A stretch of DNA of 64,000 bases, taken from Gekko japonicus (taxonomy: Eukaryota). Shown piece by piece: positions 1 through 13,100 of this stretch (the stretch's first letter is position 1; every line of letters starts with the position of its first letter). Position numbers and translations under genes: made by a program. The stretch is from contig NW_015165236.1 of assembly GCF_001447785.1 (NCBI RefSeq), positions 1,367,998 through 1,431,997 on the forward strand, read 5' to 3'. The notes beneath the pieces were generated by a model. The model was not told where the DNA came from and made no database searches. It worked only from the letters and a program-made list of their open reading frames with translations.

Positions 1-1042
1 GCTGGTAGAAAAGAACGGTGGCTCCAAAGTTCCAGGCGGAGGCCAGGTGAGACCCGCAGCACAAAGGTCCACCTGTCCACAAGGGGGTGAGGTGAGGAAC
101 TTCTCCAAAAGACCCTCCGGAGGCTGTGGGGCCAGGGGATCTCACCGGCACCTACACTCGAGGATCTCCCTGCTCCAGAGGCCTGGGCCGAATGACTTCC
201 CTCTGCCAGGACCCCTTGCGGAGAGGGGGAAGGCCAAGGCATGGTCTCACGCCTGCCCCCACCCTCTTGTAGGGCCACTAGGTCCCCCCTGGACTTGGGG
301 GGGGCGCGATGGGGACTGTTATGTATTGGGACTGAAACATTGCAGGAGACAGGGTGAGCTTGGAGCCGAGTAACAATAGACCAACAGGATTCTGGCAGGA
401 ACCCATCAAGATGTAAAGTTTTGTAAATAGCCTATCGTTGGGAGTGGGGTGTGTTTGGGGTGTGGCCATTGCAGGCAATAGAACCGAGCTGAGGCGCTGG
501 TCTACGGCCGTGTTCTTGCTGAAATCACTGAAGAGAGTAGAGTTGATCACTAGACTGGGCGTCTGTTCGCCCATGGAACCCACTATTGAACAGGGACTCA
601 AGGACGGTTGCCAGATACAGGTTGGAAAATTCCCGGAGATTTGGGGGTGGAGCCTGGGGAGGACAGGGACCACCACAGTCCTCTGCAGGGGTCATTTCGT
701 AGAAAAAGAGGTGCAGGCGCTCATTAGCATAACTCATTAGCATAACTCGTTTGCATAGGCCGCACCCCCTGACATCACCGGAAGTGTGTCAGAAGGCCAC
801 ACCCACCGCTCAGGCTCCACTGGACTGTTTTGGATTGCTAGCTAGTGAGGAGGGGGGAACGTGCAGTTCTGTTTTCACAGAGGAGGGAGAGCTTGTACCT
901 GAATAAAACATGGTCCTAAATGTGCCACTAGACTGTTTTGGACCGGGGGTGGGGGGGGAGCTCTGCAGCTTACCTGGTCCATCAGTGGCTATTAGCCACA
1001 AGGTATAGATAGGGGCTCTGGGGCAAGGGATGCTCTGTCTTC

Positions 1043-1442
1043 NNNNNNNNNNNNNNNNNNNNNNNNNNNNNNNNNNNNNNNNNNNNNNNNNNNNNNNNNN
1101 NNNNNNNNNNNNNNNNNNNNNNNNNNNNNNNNNNNNNNNNNNNNNNNNNNNNNNNNNNNNNNNNNNNNNNNNNNNNNNNNNNNNNNNNNNNNNNNNNNNN
1201 NNNNNNNNNNNNNNNNNNNNNNNNNNNNNNNNNNNNNNNNNNNNNNNNNNNNNNNNNNNNNNNNNNNNNNNNNNNNNNNNNNNNNNNNNNNNNNNNNNNN
1301 NNNNNNNNNNNNNNNNNNNNNNNNNNNNNNNNNNNNNNNNNNNNNNNNNNNNNNNNNNNNNNNNNNNNNNNNNNNNNNNNNNNNNNNNNNNNNNNNNNNN
1401 NNNNNNNNNNNNNNNNNNNNNNNNNNNNNNNNNNNNNNNNNN
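1043..1442. other. Assembly gap (others: 30817-30970, 31744-31766, 32101-32117)
   Basis: Runs of N. Confidence 1.
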
Positions 1443-2259
1443 CCCCCCCGCAAACAAGCCCGGACAGAGTGGAGCAGCCGGGAACCGAGACAGATGCTTC
1501 CCGCCTGGCTCCGCCTCCTCTAGTATCCTGTGTGCTTCTGGTTAACTTCTCAGCCATTCTCAGACTCCCCAAGCAGCTGCGTCATTTGAACAATAATTAC
1601 CACTGATGACCACAATAATTACCAGAATGACCACTGATTCCCAGGCTGCAGATTTAAGTTACCCTGGGCCAGCTCCTTCCCTTGTGCGCCCCAAAAGAAG
1701 CTTTGGGGACAGGCTGAATCCTCTATCCCTGAGGTTCCCTGCTCAGTGGCGTAAATCCTGAAATCCCTGGGCGGCCAAACCGAGGCCGGGGAACCGTCTC
1801 CCTGCAAGGCACAGTCTTCAGAGGAGTCCCAGGAGCTCAGGCACCCGACTTGGAAACTCTTGATGCCCCAACCTGGCCTCAGAGTTCAGCTCTGCTACGG
1901 AGCAGTTCATATTGAAAGGCGGCTTTGGACCAGGGCACAGCACAGGACCCTGGAGTTCGGGAACGCATGACTGCTGCTGGGGTCCCCAAGGTTATTACGG
2001 GGTGCAGAGCTCTTTAGGTATCATCCCTGCTTGAGGTTGGATTAGCAAATACGAAACTGGGGATCAGTTTCAGACTCGTCTGTCTGTCCTCCTGATGGTG
2101 GACCTTCATTCAGAGAGGGTGCTTAGCATCCACCGCACCAAAGGGAGCTCCTGAGACTAGCCAGACATCACCACATGAGGATCACCTATGAAGCTGCCTG
2201 ATCAGATCATAGGATTGTCCAGGTGTACTGTGATGTTTTTCTACATCACCTAATCCTTT

Positions 2260-3212
2260 CAGCTAGAGATGCCGGGGATAGATCCTGGGACCTTCTGCAT
2301 GCCGAGCAGAGGCTCTACCGCTGAGCCACGGCCCCCCTTGACAGCTCTCCAGGGTCTCAGGTGGAGGTCTTTCCCATCACCTCCTGCCTGGTCCTTTTTA
2401 ACTAGAGATGCCGGGGATTGAACCTGGGACCTTCTGCATGCCAAGCCCCTGAGCCACAGCCCCTCTTGACTGCTCTCCAGGGTCTCAGGCGGAGGTCCAT
2501 CACTGGCCTGGTCCTTTTTAACTGGAGATGCCAGGGACTGAACCGGGAACCTTCTGCATGCCAAGCGGAGGCTCTGCCACTGAGCCACGACCCCTCTTGA
2601 CAGCTCTCCAGGGTCTCAGGCGGAGGTCTTTCCCATCACCTCCTGCCTGGTCCTTTTAACTGGAGATGCCGGAGATTGAACCTGGGACCTTCTGCATGCC
2701 AAGCAGAGGCTCTTCCACTGAGCCACGGCCCCTCTTTGCAGCTCTCCAGGGTCTCAGGCAGAGGTCTTTCCCATCACCTACTGCCTGGTCCTTTTTAACT
2801 GGAGATTCCGGGGACTGAATCTGGGACCTTCTGCATGCAAAGAAGAGCCTAATTGAGCCACGGCCCCTCATAACAGCTCTCCGGGGTCTCAGGCAGAGGT
2901 CTTTCCCATCACCTACTGCCTGGTCCTTTTTAACTGGAGATTCCGGGGACTGAATCTGGGACCTTCTGCATGCAAAGAAGAGCCTAATTGAGCCACGGCC
3001 CCTCATAACAGCTCTCCGGGGTCTCAGGCAGAGGTCTTTCCCATCACCGCCTGCCTGGTCCTTTTCAACTGGAGATGCTGCCGGGGATTGAACCTGGGAC
3101 CTTCTGCATGCCAAGCAAAGGCTCTACCACTGAGCCACGGCACCTCTTTGGCCCTTTTGCTGCCAGGGACTGAACCTGGGACCTTCTGCACGGCAAGCAG
3201 AGGCTCTTCCAC
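2260..3212 (-). repeat. Tandem array (~7.5 x 120-139 bp) of a tRNA-derived SINE head (Squam2-like)
   Basis: Units start near 2262, 2401, 2521, 2659, 2798, 2933, 3068. The minus strand carries an A box (TGGCTCAGTGG) and a B box (GGTTCAATCC). A single copy lies at ~34897-35062 (+). Confidence 0.8.
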
Positions 3213-6200
3213 AGGAGCTGCGCTGCTTTGCCATGCTAGTGGAAGCTTCACCTTCCGGACACCTGCCTGCCTGCCAGGCAGCGCCTTGAAGGGGGAGGCG
3301 GGAGCAGTACCCTGCCCCACCACCTGCTCTGCCCACTTAACATCTTCTGCAAAGGTTCCCTGTTTCCCATAATCCCCCACCCACAGCTGGAGGGCAGGAT
3401 ACCAAGAAGCAGCGCAGTTCCTCCCCCCCCCACCACCCCAAAATAAAGCTAAGGAGGGATTTTTAAGCGGCTGCTCCTACCTTGCTTTTCACTGGCAGTC
3501 ACGGAGGGCTTGTGGGGCTTCCACAGTATCTCCGAGCAGCACCGACACACCACGGCCTGATGCCTTCTGTCAGGGTGTGTGTGGAGAAAAGTCCAGACTC
3601 CCCACCCACCCACCCCCGGTGCATCATCCGGCGGCACCTGACTGTGGCTTTTCTTCTTGGAAGGAGGCAAGGGCCCTTCCCAGGGTGGGTGGGGACACAT
3701 TAATGAGCCCTTTCTGAGCGTACCGTCTAGATCTGAGCATTGCAACCTCCCCCTCGGGGGAAGCTGATGTTGTGCAATTGGCGCTGCTGGGGTGGCACGC
3801 CGCTCCTTTGCAAAGCTGCTGGGTTGGGGGGAGGGTGGCTGCTGGTGCCCTTGGCTCCCTCGCATCGTCGTTAGCAGCAGCATGACAGAAACCCGGTGCA
3901 TGAAGCTGGAAGCTTCACCCGTCGAATGTTGGCCTGCCAGAAAAAGAAGGGGCAACCGTGCTGCTATATTACTGAGTGACTGGTCTGGGTTTTAGAACAA
4001 CGTATGAGTCCAGGGGCAACTTGAAGACCAACACAAATTTTATTCAAGGCATCAGCTTTTGTGTGAACACACACTTCTTCAGATACAGTGAAACAGAATT
4101 TGGGTTTGGGTGCCTGTATGCTGCCTTTCTTAGAATCAAAGCCTCTATAAGCCATGGAGTCACAATAAAACTACATGGATGCAAAGACATGACAATATTA
4201 ACTGTCTCCGCCCAATGTGGTACCCAAGAGCGGAGCCCTTTTGGTCTGTAGCAGAAGAACCCCCGAAGGCCTACAGCCTGAAAATCTTGTTGATATTTGA
4301 CAACGGGTGCTGCGACTCTTGAAACCCTGGAACCCTTGTTGGTCTGGACTCGAACTGAGCACTTCTGCAGAAAAGAGCTCTCAAAGTGGAATAAAGAAGT
4401 CCACGGTGGCAGGCAGGCTGGCGTGCGGAGGGAGTGATGAGACCGCCAAAGAGCCGGGAAGGTTAATATCGCCAAGTCAGTTGAACCCTGGAGGAAAGTA
4501 CATAAAACAGTATAAGCACAGGAAAGGTAACTAACGAAGAGAAAACTGTGTGGGAAAGGATGCTGCTCTACTTCCGATGAGGACTCTGTCTCCGAAAAGC
4601 AGCCCCCAAACGAGAATACCCATTAAGGATTAGAAAAGACAAAACAAAATGGAGGCTGAAGAACTCTGAATGATGCCTTAAAGCTTTTTCTTTATTGTTA
4701 ATGATGCTCTTATGATTTTCTTCAAACAGTTAAAATAATGGTTTCAAAGATAAATAATATAGCTTGATCGACTAAGTTCAATGTAATCACAGCATTTTAG
4801 ACTAACTCTGATATAAGCTGGTGTAATGATCTCCTATTCTTGGGTTTTTAGTTTGGTTTTCTTTCCTTTCTCCCATAGATGTAGTTTCCCCCTCCCTTTT
4901 TTCTGTTGTAGTTGATAGAAAAATGCAATAAAAAATCCCCTCCAAGGGCTTAAAAAAAAGGAAAAGGACGCTACAGTAGCAAAGGCTAAATGGCAGAAAC
5001 TACAAAAGCTCAATTTACTACAATTTTACAACAATGCAAGAAATTACAACAGGTGTCCTATAAAAAAACAACAGGTAAGTATAATCTCTCCTTATATATA
5101 ATTGAATAGTGGGTGCCAAAGTTCTAATTCTAAAATGCACTCCCTTAGTGTATGGCTGATGGCACTGCTCCTCAGCATATACCGCCACCAATCAGAAGGC
5201 AAAGCCCAGGTCCCGCCCACACCTCAACTGCTGCGACAACCTGGTCTTCTGCATATGGAAGCTGATTGGACTTCACTCCATTCCAAACCTCAAACTCCCC
5301 CCCCCCCCCGCACCCCCCCCCCCGGCAAGGCAGTTGGAATGTCAGTTGCATATGGAATCTGCTGTATTCTGGTGGTGTGCAGGTCCCAGATTCATGTTTT
5401 AAAAGCAGACTGACACTGTTTGCCCAAAGCCAGAGCACTCTCCCAGAGCCTCTTTCTAGATCTCGTTGTATTTATTTCCACAACGGGCCTTATTTCTAGT
5501 ATATCAATACAACAGGTGAACTCAATATAAATAATTCAAGGTAAATTCAATAGGTATATTCAGTACCTGTTGTGGGGAGGGGAAGGGAAAGGAGTTTGTA
5601 AGCCACTCTGAGACTCCTTTGGGTAGTGAAGGGTGGGTTATAAATCCAATCTCTTCTTCTTCTATAAATGGTTGGAAGACTATTATAAATGAACAATATA
5701 GACATATGAACATTTTAGGAGATAACATAGACTTCATTTTCATATCAATACGCAAAATACTCATGCAAAACAATTTGGTGATAATAATTGTAGTACGCTC
5801 TGTGTATTGCACATTGTATTATTATATCGTATTTTTATACTGTTGTGTAAGCCGCCCTGAACCGGCCTTGCTGGGAGGGCGGCGTAAAAATCTAATAAAT
5901 AAATAAAAATAAGTAAAAGTTAAAAAAAGTAAAAATAATAAATAAATAATAAAGATTGCAGGAGGCGACAGCTAGATAATATAGATATGTATATGTAACC
6001 CCCATTTCATGTGTATGTCTGTTTTTGTTTGTTGATATGGAAAAAATAAAGATTTCCTTTAAAAAAAGTCATGATGTTCTAATAGCGAAGAACCTGCAGG
6101 CCACGCAGAGCCAACGAAGAGCGCTCCAAAGGGACGGTGTTTGTTATGAAACGCTCTCGGGTTCTCGGAATGAGGAGATCTAACAAACAGGCTGGACTAG

Positions 6201-7716
6201 TTTATTATGAGCGAGGGAGGAAGGAATCAAGGTTCGGCGGAATCCTACAGAAACCTGAAAAACACCCCTGAGTCCTGACGAAGGTTCAGACACCTTCAGT
6301 TCCTGACTTCACCTGGCCTCTGGCTTAATTTGGGCTGATGCTGGGATGAGACCGGACTTCCCAGTGATGACTCAGGGTCTGACCCTTGGCCAGGATTCAA
6401 CCCCCCAAGCCAACTTGAATGTGGGATGTGTGTGTGTGGGGGGGGGGAGCAGGACAGTTGCTGGGTTTAAGCAAACCCGACAGAGCCAAGGGTACCGCTG
6501 AATCCTGCCCCAACAGACCCACATCCTCAGACTCCGTCCAAAGGTGTTTTTATTTGGGGAGGGGCTCAGTGGTCAAGTGCTCACAAACAATGTTCCCTCT
6601 AAGCTGCGGAGTCTTGTGAGCAAAAAATCTACTTTGTGAGCTCCTGGCATTAAAGTTGTGAGGGAGCAGTTTGACTGCTGCATAAATTAGTTTGCTCTGG
6701 AGCCCTCCTTCCTGAGCGAAGGCAAAAACGTGTGAGCCATTTTGGTGTCGTGGTTAAGTCTGCAGACTCTAACCTGGGAGAACCGGGTTTGATTCCCCAC
6801 TCCTCCACTCCACTTCCCCACTCCGCAGTTCTTGAAAGAGCTCTCTAAGCCCCACAGGGTGTCTGTTGTGGGGAGGGGAAAGGAGTTTGTAAGCCGCTCT
6901 GAGACTCCGAGTGAAGGGCAAGGGGTATAAATCCAATCTCCTCCTCCTCCTCCTCCTCCTCCTCTTCTAAAAACCTGTGAGCTAGCTCACACTAACTCGC
7001 CTTAGAGGGAACAGTGTGCGCAAGACCCTTTGCATCGCTACCTAGGAAGTCCCTCCACCACTTCTTGGTCAGCCTCTTTGATCCAACTCAGGGCGCTTCT
7101 CTCTCCTCCATTTTATCATCACGACAACCTTGCAAGGGAGGCTACATTGAGTGAGTGAATGGCCTGAGTCTCCCCAAGTCTGTCTGTCCACAACCCCACC
7201 CTGGCAGGAGACCTTGGCTGCAATTCACATTGCTCAGCATGCCCCCCCCTCGAATAAAAGAAGGGGGTGCAGACAACACCAGTAGCACAAGAGCAGAGGT
7301 GACTACAGAACAGACACACAGACACAGAAACACCCTCACCCGGGAAGCTGACATTTAGGACAGGTCAGTTTCCTCAGAGAAGACAGGAACTTTAGCTGCT
7401 GTAGATTTTCCGGGCTGTGTGGCCGTGGTCCTGGCACTGTAGGACCTGACGTTTTGCCAGCAGCTGCGACTGGCATCCTCAGAGGTATAAACACAGAAAG
7501 ATGGAGTGCTCTCTGTGTCAAGGTGAGAAGAAAAATGGGAGGCAGGTATTTTATATCTACTCAGGAAAGCTCCTGCATTAGCATGATTCACAGCCTAGGG
7601 AACTCCTACCAGATAATGACTCAGCCCTACCCCACCTTCCTGAGTAGATATAAATTACCTGCCTCCCATTTTTCTTCTCACCTTGACACAGAGAGTACTC
7701 CATCTTTCAGTGTTAT

Positions 7717-7759
7717 ACCTCTGAGGATGCCAGTCACAGCTGCTGGTGAAACGTCAGGT
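7717..7759 (+). ncRNA. Minimal type I hammerhead ribozyme motif (Penelope-associated)
   Basis: ACCT-CTGAGGA-T-GCCAG..CTGGT-GAAAC-GTC-AGGT: helix I ACCT/AGGT, helix II GCCAG/CTGGT. Confidence 0.65.
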
Positions 7760-7798
7760 CCTACAAAGCCAAGACCACAGCCACACAACCTGGAAAAT

Positions 7799-10177
7799 GT
7801 GTGATCATAATGTTGTTGAGTTCAACATTTGTATAAATAGGGAATTGGCCAAAAAGACTCACACAACCACTTTTAACTTTAAAAGGAGTAAATTCTCTGA
7901 TATGAGGGGACATGTGGGGAGGAAACTGAAAGGAAAAGTAGAAAGGGTCAAAACCATTGGGGAAGCTTGGAAACTATTTAAAACTAAGATCCTAGAAGCT
8001 CAAAAAATATATATTCGGCAGGTTAGGAAAGGCACAAACAGGTATAGGAAAAAGCCTGCATGGTTAACAAACAGAGTAATGGAAGCTGTAAAAAGTAAAA
8101 AGAATTCCTTTAAGCAGTGGAAAGCTAGTCACAGTGAGGCTGATAAAACGGAACACAGGCTATGGCAAATAAAATGCAAGTCTGAGGTCAGGCAGGCAAA
8201 AAGGGAACATGAGGAGCATATAGCAAAAAACGTAAAAACCAACAATAAAACTTTCTTCAAATACATTAGAAACAGGAAACCAGCCAGGGAGGCAGTGGGG
8301 CCCTTGGACGACCAAGGGGTAAAAGGAGTATTGAAGGATGATAGGGAAATGGCTGAGAAGCTAAACGCATTTTTTGCCTCCGTCTTCACTGTGGAAGATG
8401 AGAAGTGCTTGCCCACTCCAGAACCACTGATTTCAGGAGGGGTGTTGGAAGACCTGAGTCAGATTGAGGTGACGAGAGAGGAGGTCCTAAAACTGATAGA
8501 CAACTTAAAAACTGAAAAATCACCAGGCCCAGATGGCATACATCCGAGAGTTCTGAAAGAACTCAAATGTGAACTTGTAGATCTCCTGACAAAGATATGT
8601 AATCTTTCCTTAAAATCTGCCTCCATTCCTGAGGATTGGAAGGTAGCAAATGTCACTCCCATCTTTAAAAAGGGTTCCAGAGGAGATCCGGGAAATTACA
8701 GGCCAGTCAGTCTGACGTCGATACCGGGTAAATTGGTGGAAACCATTATTAAGGAAAGAATTAGTAGGCACATAGATGAACAAAACCTATTGAGGCAGAC
8801 TCAGCACGGTTTCTGTAAGGGAAGATCTTGTCTCACTAACCTGTTAGTGTTCTTTGAGGGGGTGAACAAACATGTGGACAAGGGGGATCCAATAGATATT
8901 ATTTACCTTGACTTCCAGAAAGCTTTTGATAAAGTTCCTCATCAAAGGCTCCTAAGTAAGCTCAAAAATCATGGGATAGAAGGACAAGTCCTTTTATGGA
9001 TCAAAAACTGGCTAGTTCATAGAAAACAGAGAGTGAGTGTAGGTGGGCAATTTTCTCAGTGGAGGGTGGTAAGCAGTGGGGTACCGCAGGGATCAGTACT
9101 TGGTCCACTGCTTTTTAACTTGTTCATTAATGATTTGGAGATGGGAGTAAGCAGTGAAGTGGCTAAATTTGCGGATGATACAAAGTTGTTCAGGGTGGTG
9201 AAAACCAGTGAGGATTGTGAGGCACTCCAAGGGGATCTGTCAAGGATGGGCGAGTGGGCGTCAACATGGCAAATGGGGTTCAATGTGGCCAAGTGCAAGG
9301 TGATGCACATTGGAGCCAAAAATCCTAAATATAAATACACGTTGATGGGGTCTGAACTGGCAGAGACTGATCAAGAGAGAGATCTTGGAGTTGTAGTAGA
9401 TAACTCACTGAAAATGTCGAGACAGTGTGTGACTGCAATAAAGAAGGCCAATGCTATGCTGGGGATTATTAGGAAGGGTATTGAAAACAGATCAGCCAAT
9501 ATTATAATGCCCCTATATAAATCAATGCTGCGACCTCATTTGGAATACTGTGTGCAATTCTGGTCATCACACCTTAAAAAGGATATTATAGCTTTGGAAA
9601 AAGTGCAGAAAAGGGCAACTCGAATGATAAAAGGGTTGGAACACTTTCCCTATGAGGAAAGGTTAAGGCGCTTAGGGCTCTTTAGCTTGGAGAAACGACG
9701 ACTGAGGGGTGACATGATTGAGGTTTATAAGATTATGCATGGGATAGAGCAGGTAGAGAAAGAGGTACTTTTCTCCCTTTCTCACAATACAAGAACTCGT
9801 GGGCACTCCATGAAATTGCTGAGCGGTCAGGTTAGAACGGATAAAAGGAAGTACTTCTTCACCCAAAGAGTGATTAACACATGGAATTCACTGCCACAGG
9901 AAGTGGTGGCGGCTACAAGCATGGACGGCTTCAAAAGGGAATTAGATAAGCATATGGAGCAGAGGTCCATCAGTGGCTATTAGCCACAAGGTATAGCTAG
10001 GGACTCTGGGGCAAGTGATGCTTCTGTCTTCTTGGTGCTTGGGGGGGGGGTCAACAGTGGGAGGGGCTTCTAGTGTCCTGGCCCCACTGGTGGACCTCCT
10101 GATGGCACTGTGTGACACAGAGTGTTGGACTAGATGGGCCTTTGGCCTGATCCAACATTGGCGTCTCTTATGTTCTT
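7799..10177 (+). mobile_element. CR1 LINE, 5'-truncated, uninterrupted ORF2 (end of endonuclease + RT)
   Basis: ORF 7746-9983 with PGPDGI, YRPVSLTS, LDFQKAFD, GVPQGSVLGP and FADD motifs; 3'UTR ending TCTTATGTTCTT; AAAAT TSD at 7794-7798 / 10178-10182. Confidence 0.95.
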
Positions 10178-13100
10178 AAAATCTACAACAGCTAATGAAC
10201 TCCGGCCGTGAAATCCTTCGACAAGACAGGAACTGTTGAACAAGCCAGATCCCTTTCACAACCGGGTGTGTGTGTGTGTGTGTCCGTCCACCGGTGCATT
10301 ACATAAGGTGTTTTTTAAAAAGGAAAGCGATTTGTCCGCGGGCCCTCGCTTTCTGGTTGCCAAACAGGAAAAGATGCAACTTGAGTTGCAGTCGCCGATT
10401 TCACATCTGGTACCAATCTTTTTTTGATTATCCAACAGCAACAACAACAGGAAGGAGCTCTGCTGCTTCGCAAACCCCACGAAGAGGACAAAATCACCCC
10501 CCCACACACATACACACAAATATACCCTGTGGGTTAGTTTGGGGCAAAAGTGTCCGTCTTTCTCCCCATCCACTTTATCACCAGCTGTGCCGCATGTCTC
10601 CTTCTTGATTGTCTTCACTCTCTCCGGGGCAGTGATGCTCTATTATGTCTGCTGACCACCACCAGGGGCCAGCGAATACCCCAGAGCTTGACTCTGTAAG
10701 AACAATGGGGACTAGGCTCCTAGTCTCTCCACTGGGGAACCAATAGGACCGTGGTGGGAGATTTAAACCCACCAACGGGACCTAGGGGTGTGTCCTCAGG
10801 TGTGTATATAGTTGGCCAGCCGGCCGTTAGTCTTTTGTCTTTGTTGTGTACCAGTAAACCATGCTGATCACTACATCAGTCTCAGTGGTTTCTACATGTG
10901 TCTAACCCATTACACTTCATGCTCTGTCTTCTTGGTGCTTGGGGGGCAACAGTGGGAGGGCTTCTGGAGTTCTGGCCCTGCTGGTGGACCTCCTGACGGC
11001 CCCTGGGTTTTGGCTACTGTGCGACAGAGAGTGTCGGACTGGATGGGCCATTGGCCTGATCCAACATTGGCTTCTCTTACGTTCTTATGTCCAGAGCAGT
11101 GATGCTCTGTATTCTTGGCACTTGGAGGGGGGACAGCAGGAGGCTTACAAACTCCTTTCCCCTCCCCTCCTCATGACAGACTCTGTGGGGTAGGTGGGGC
11201 TGAGAGAGCTCTGACAGAACTGTCCTTGAGAGAACAGCTCTGAAAGAACTATGGCTTGCCCAAGGTCATCCAGCAGCTGCGAGTGGAGGAGTGGGGAATC
11301 AAACCCAGTTCTCCCAGATTAGAGTCCATCACTTAACCACTACGCCAAACTGGCTCTCAGTGACAAAATGAGAGACAAAAATGACAAAATGAGAGACAAA
11401 AATGACAGTCTGGAAGTAGTGCTAACAGGACAAGGCTTTCGTTTTCACGCCTAGGCTACCAGCAAAAGAGCAAAGGCTTATCGGACTTCTGAACCAAGAA
11501 ACCAAGGCCAGGTATAGCAAAACCTCCATCGTGCAGAAAAACAGAAAGGCCCGGGCCCATGGAACCCCAAATTAATTCTGCAACACAAGTCTGTCCGCCT
11601 GCGATTCGATCAGTTAAACATGCCTCATTCGAGAAGGGTTTGCGGCCCTACAGCGCTGAAGGTTCCACAGTGAGAGAAGCGACTCCACACAAGAAAATCC
11701 ACGTTGTAAACAGTTTTGAATGGTTGGCAGTTCTGAACACGACTCCGGACGCTGCTCGGACTCTCCGCGGCTGCGTGATCTGGCCTACAGCTGAGTACAC
11801 ACTCCCCTCTTCCTCACAGGTCAACAGGGGCTGATGAAAACACACCCTTCAGGCTACAAGCAGACAAGAGCGAGGGGTTATCTCTGCCAGCCCGGCTACC
11901 CAATGCTGGCGGGCACACAGGATTAGAGTTGCCAACCTCCAGGTGGGGTCTGGAGGCCTCTTGGAATGACAGCCAGTCTCCAGACTACTGAAGTCAGTTC
12001 CCCTGGAGGAGATGCCAGCTTTGGAGGGTGGACTCGGTGGCATTATGCCCTGCTGAGGTGAGGTCCCTCTCCAGACTCCATGGTCAAATTGCCAAGAATT
12101 CCCCAACACAAAATTGGACAGGTGTCTCGTCCTCCAGTTTAGTGTAGTGGTTAAGTGCAGGCGTACTCTAATCTGGGAGACCCGGGTTTGATCCCCCGCT
12201 CCTCCACTTGAACCTGGCTGGATGACCTTGGGCAAGCCCTAGTTCTGATAAGAGCTGTTCTTGAAAAAGAGCAGTTTCTTTCAAGAGCTCTCTCAGCCCC
12301 GCCTGCCTCACAGGGTGTCTGTTGTGGGGAGGGGGAGGGAAAGGAGTTTGTGAGCCCCTCTGAGACACCTTTGGGTAGTGAAGGACAGGGTATAAATCCA
12401 ATCTCTTCTCTTCTTCTATGAGTATTCTTCTTGTCGTGGGGGGGGGGGGGTTGAGAGAACCAGATTTGGAGGTTCTGACAGGAGAAACTAGGCTGATTCC
12501 CACATTACAGAGTCCACGCACCAGCTTGGTGTCGTAGTTAGGAGTGTGGACTCTAATCTGGGAGAACCAGGTTTGATTCCCCTGTCCTCCATGTGCACCT
12601 GCTGGTGTGACCTTGGGTCATTCACAAGTTCTCTCAGAGCTGTTCTCTCAAGGGCAGTCCTCGGGAGAGCTCTCTCAGCCCCACCTACCTCCCAGGGTGT
12701 CTGTTGTGGGGAGGGGAAGGGAAAGGAGATTGTGAGCTGCTCTGAGACTCCTTTGGGTAGTCAAGGGCAGGGTATAAATCCAATCTCCTCCTCCTCCTCC
12801 TCTTCTTCTTTTTTCGGTGTCTGTCCTCTTTTCGGCTCTTTTTAAAAAACTGATGAAAATGTCCTCTTTTTGGGTTGGAAGCTTAGGCGTATTCCTAGTT
12901 AGCGGCAATGGCCACAGCTTAAATAGCAGGGGCATTTAAAATGAGATTTGTCACTGTGTTCGCTCATCTGAAGTGGTCATTCGGGAAATATGTCCTCCTT
13001 TTCTGCTTTTCAAAATAATGGTAACCCTAGGAGTTGGCCAAAGCAATGGTTACATGAACTTTTAGACGCTTCAGCTCAGTCCTTTTTCATTCAATCTAGG

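Larger units (their letters stand above)
7392..10222. mobile_element. Penelope-like fold-back element (inverted arms, hammerhead motif) interrupted by the CR1
   Basis: Inverted arms ~7392-7570 vs ~7635-7798+10183-10195; 12-bp direct repeat AAGACAGGAACT at 7380-7391 and 10223-10234. Confidence 0.7.

Noticed and set aside
810-1572. ORFs spanning X runs
   Set aside because: Artefacts of the assembly gap.
1-2250. Possible LTR/ERV or LINE remnants (also ~10586-10914, ~63243-63789)
   Set aside because: Only weak TG..CA and polyA hints; no TSD or coding support, so not called.
4561-4605. Hammerhead-like CCGATGA..GAAA (also ~28925-28952 and ~60765-60797 on minus)
   Set aside because: Core nucleotides or helices are mutated; at most decayed remnants.
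7746-9983. 745-aa ORF as a host gene or autonomous element
   Set aside because: It is a 5'-truncated CR1 ORF2 lacking most of the endonuclease; the start codon is borrowed from the flanking repeat.
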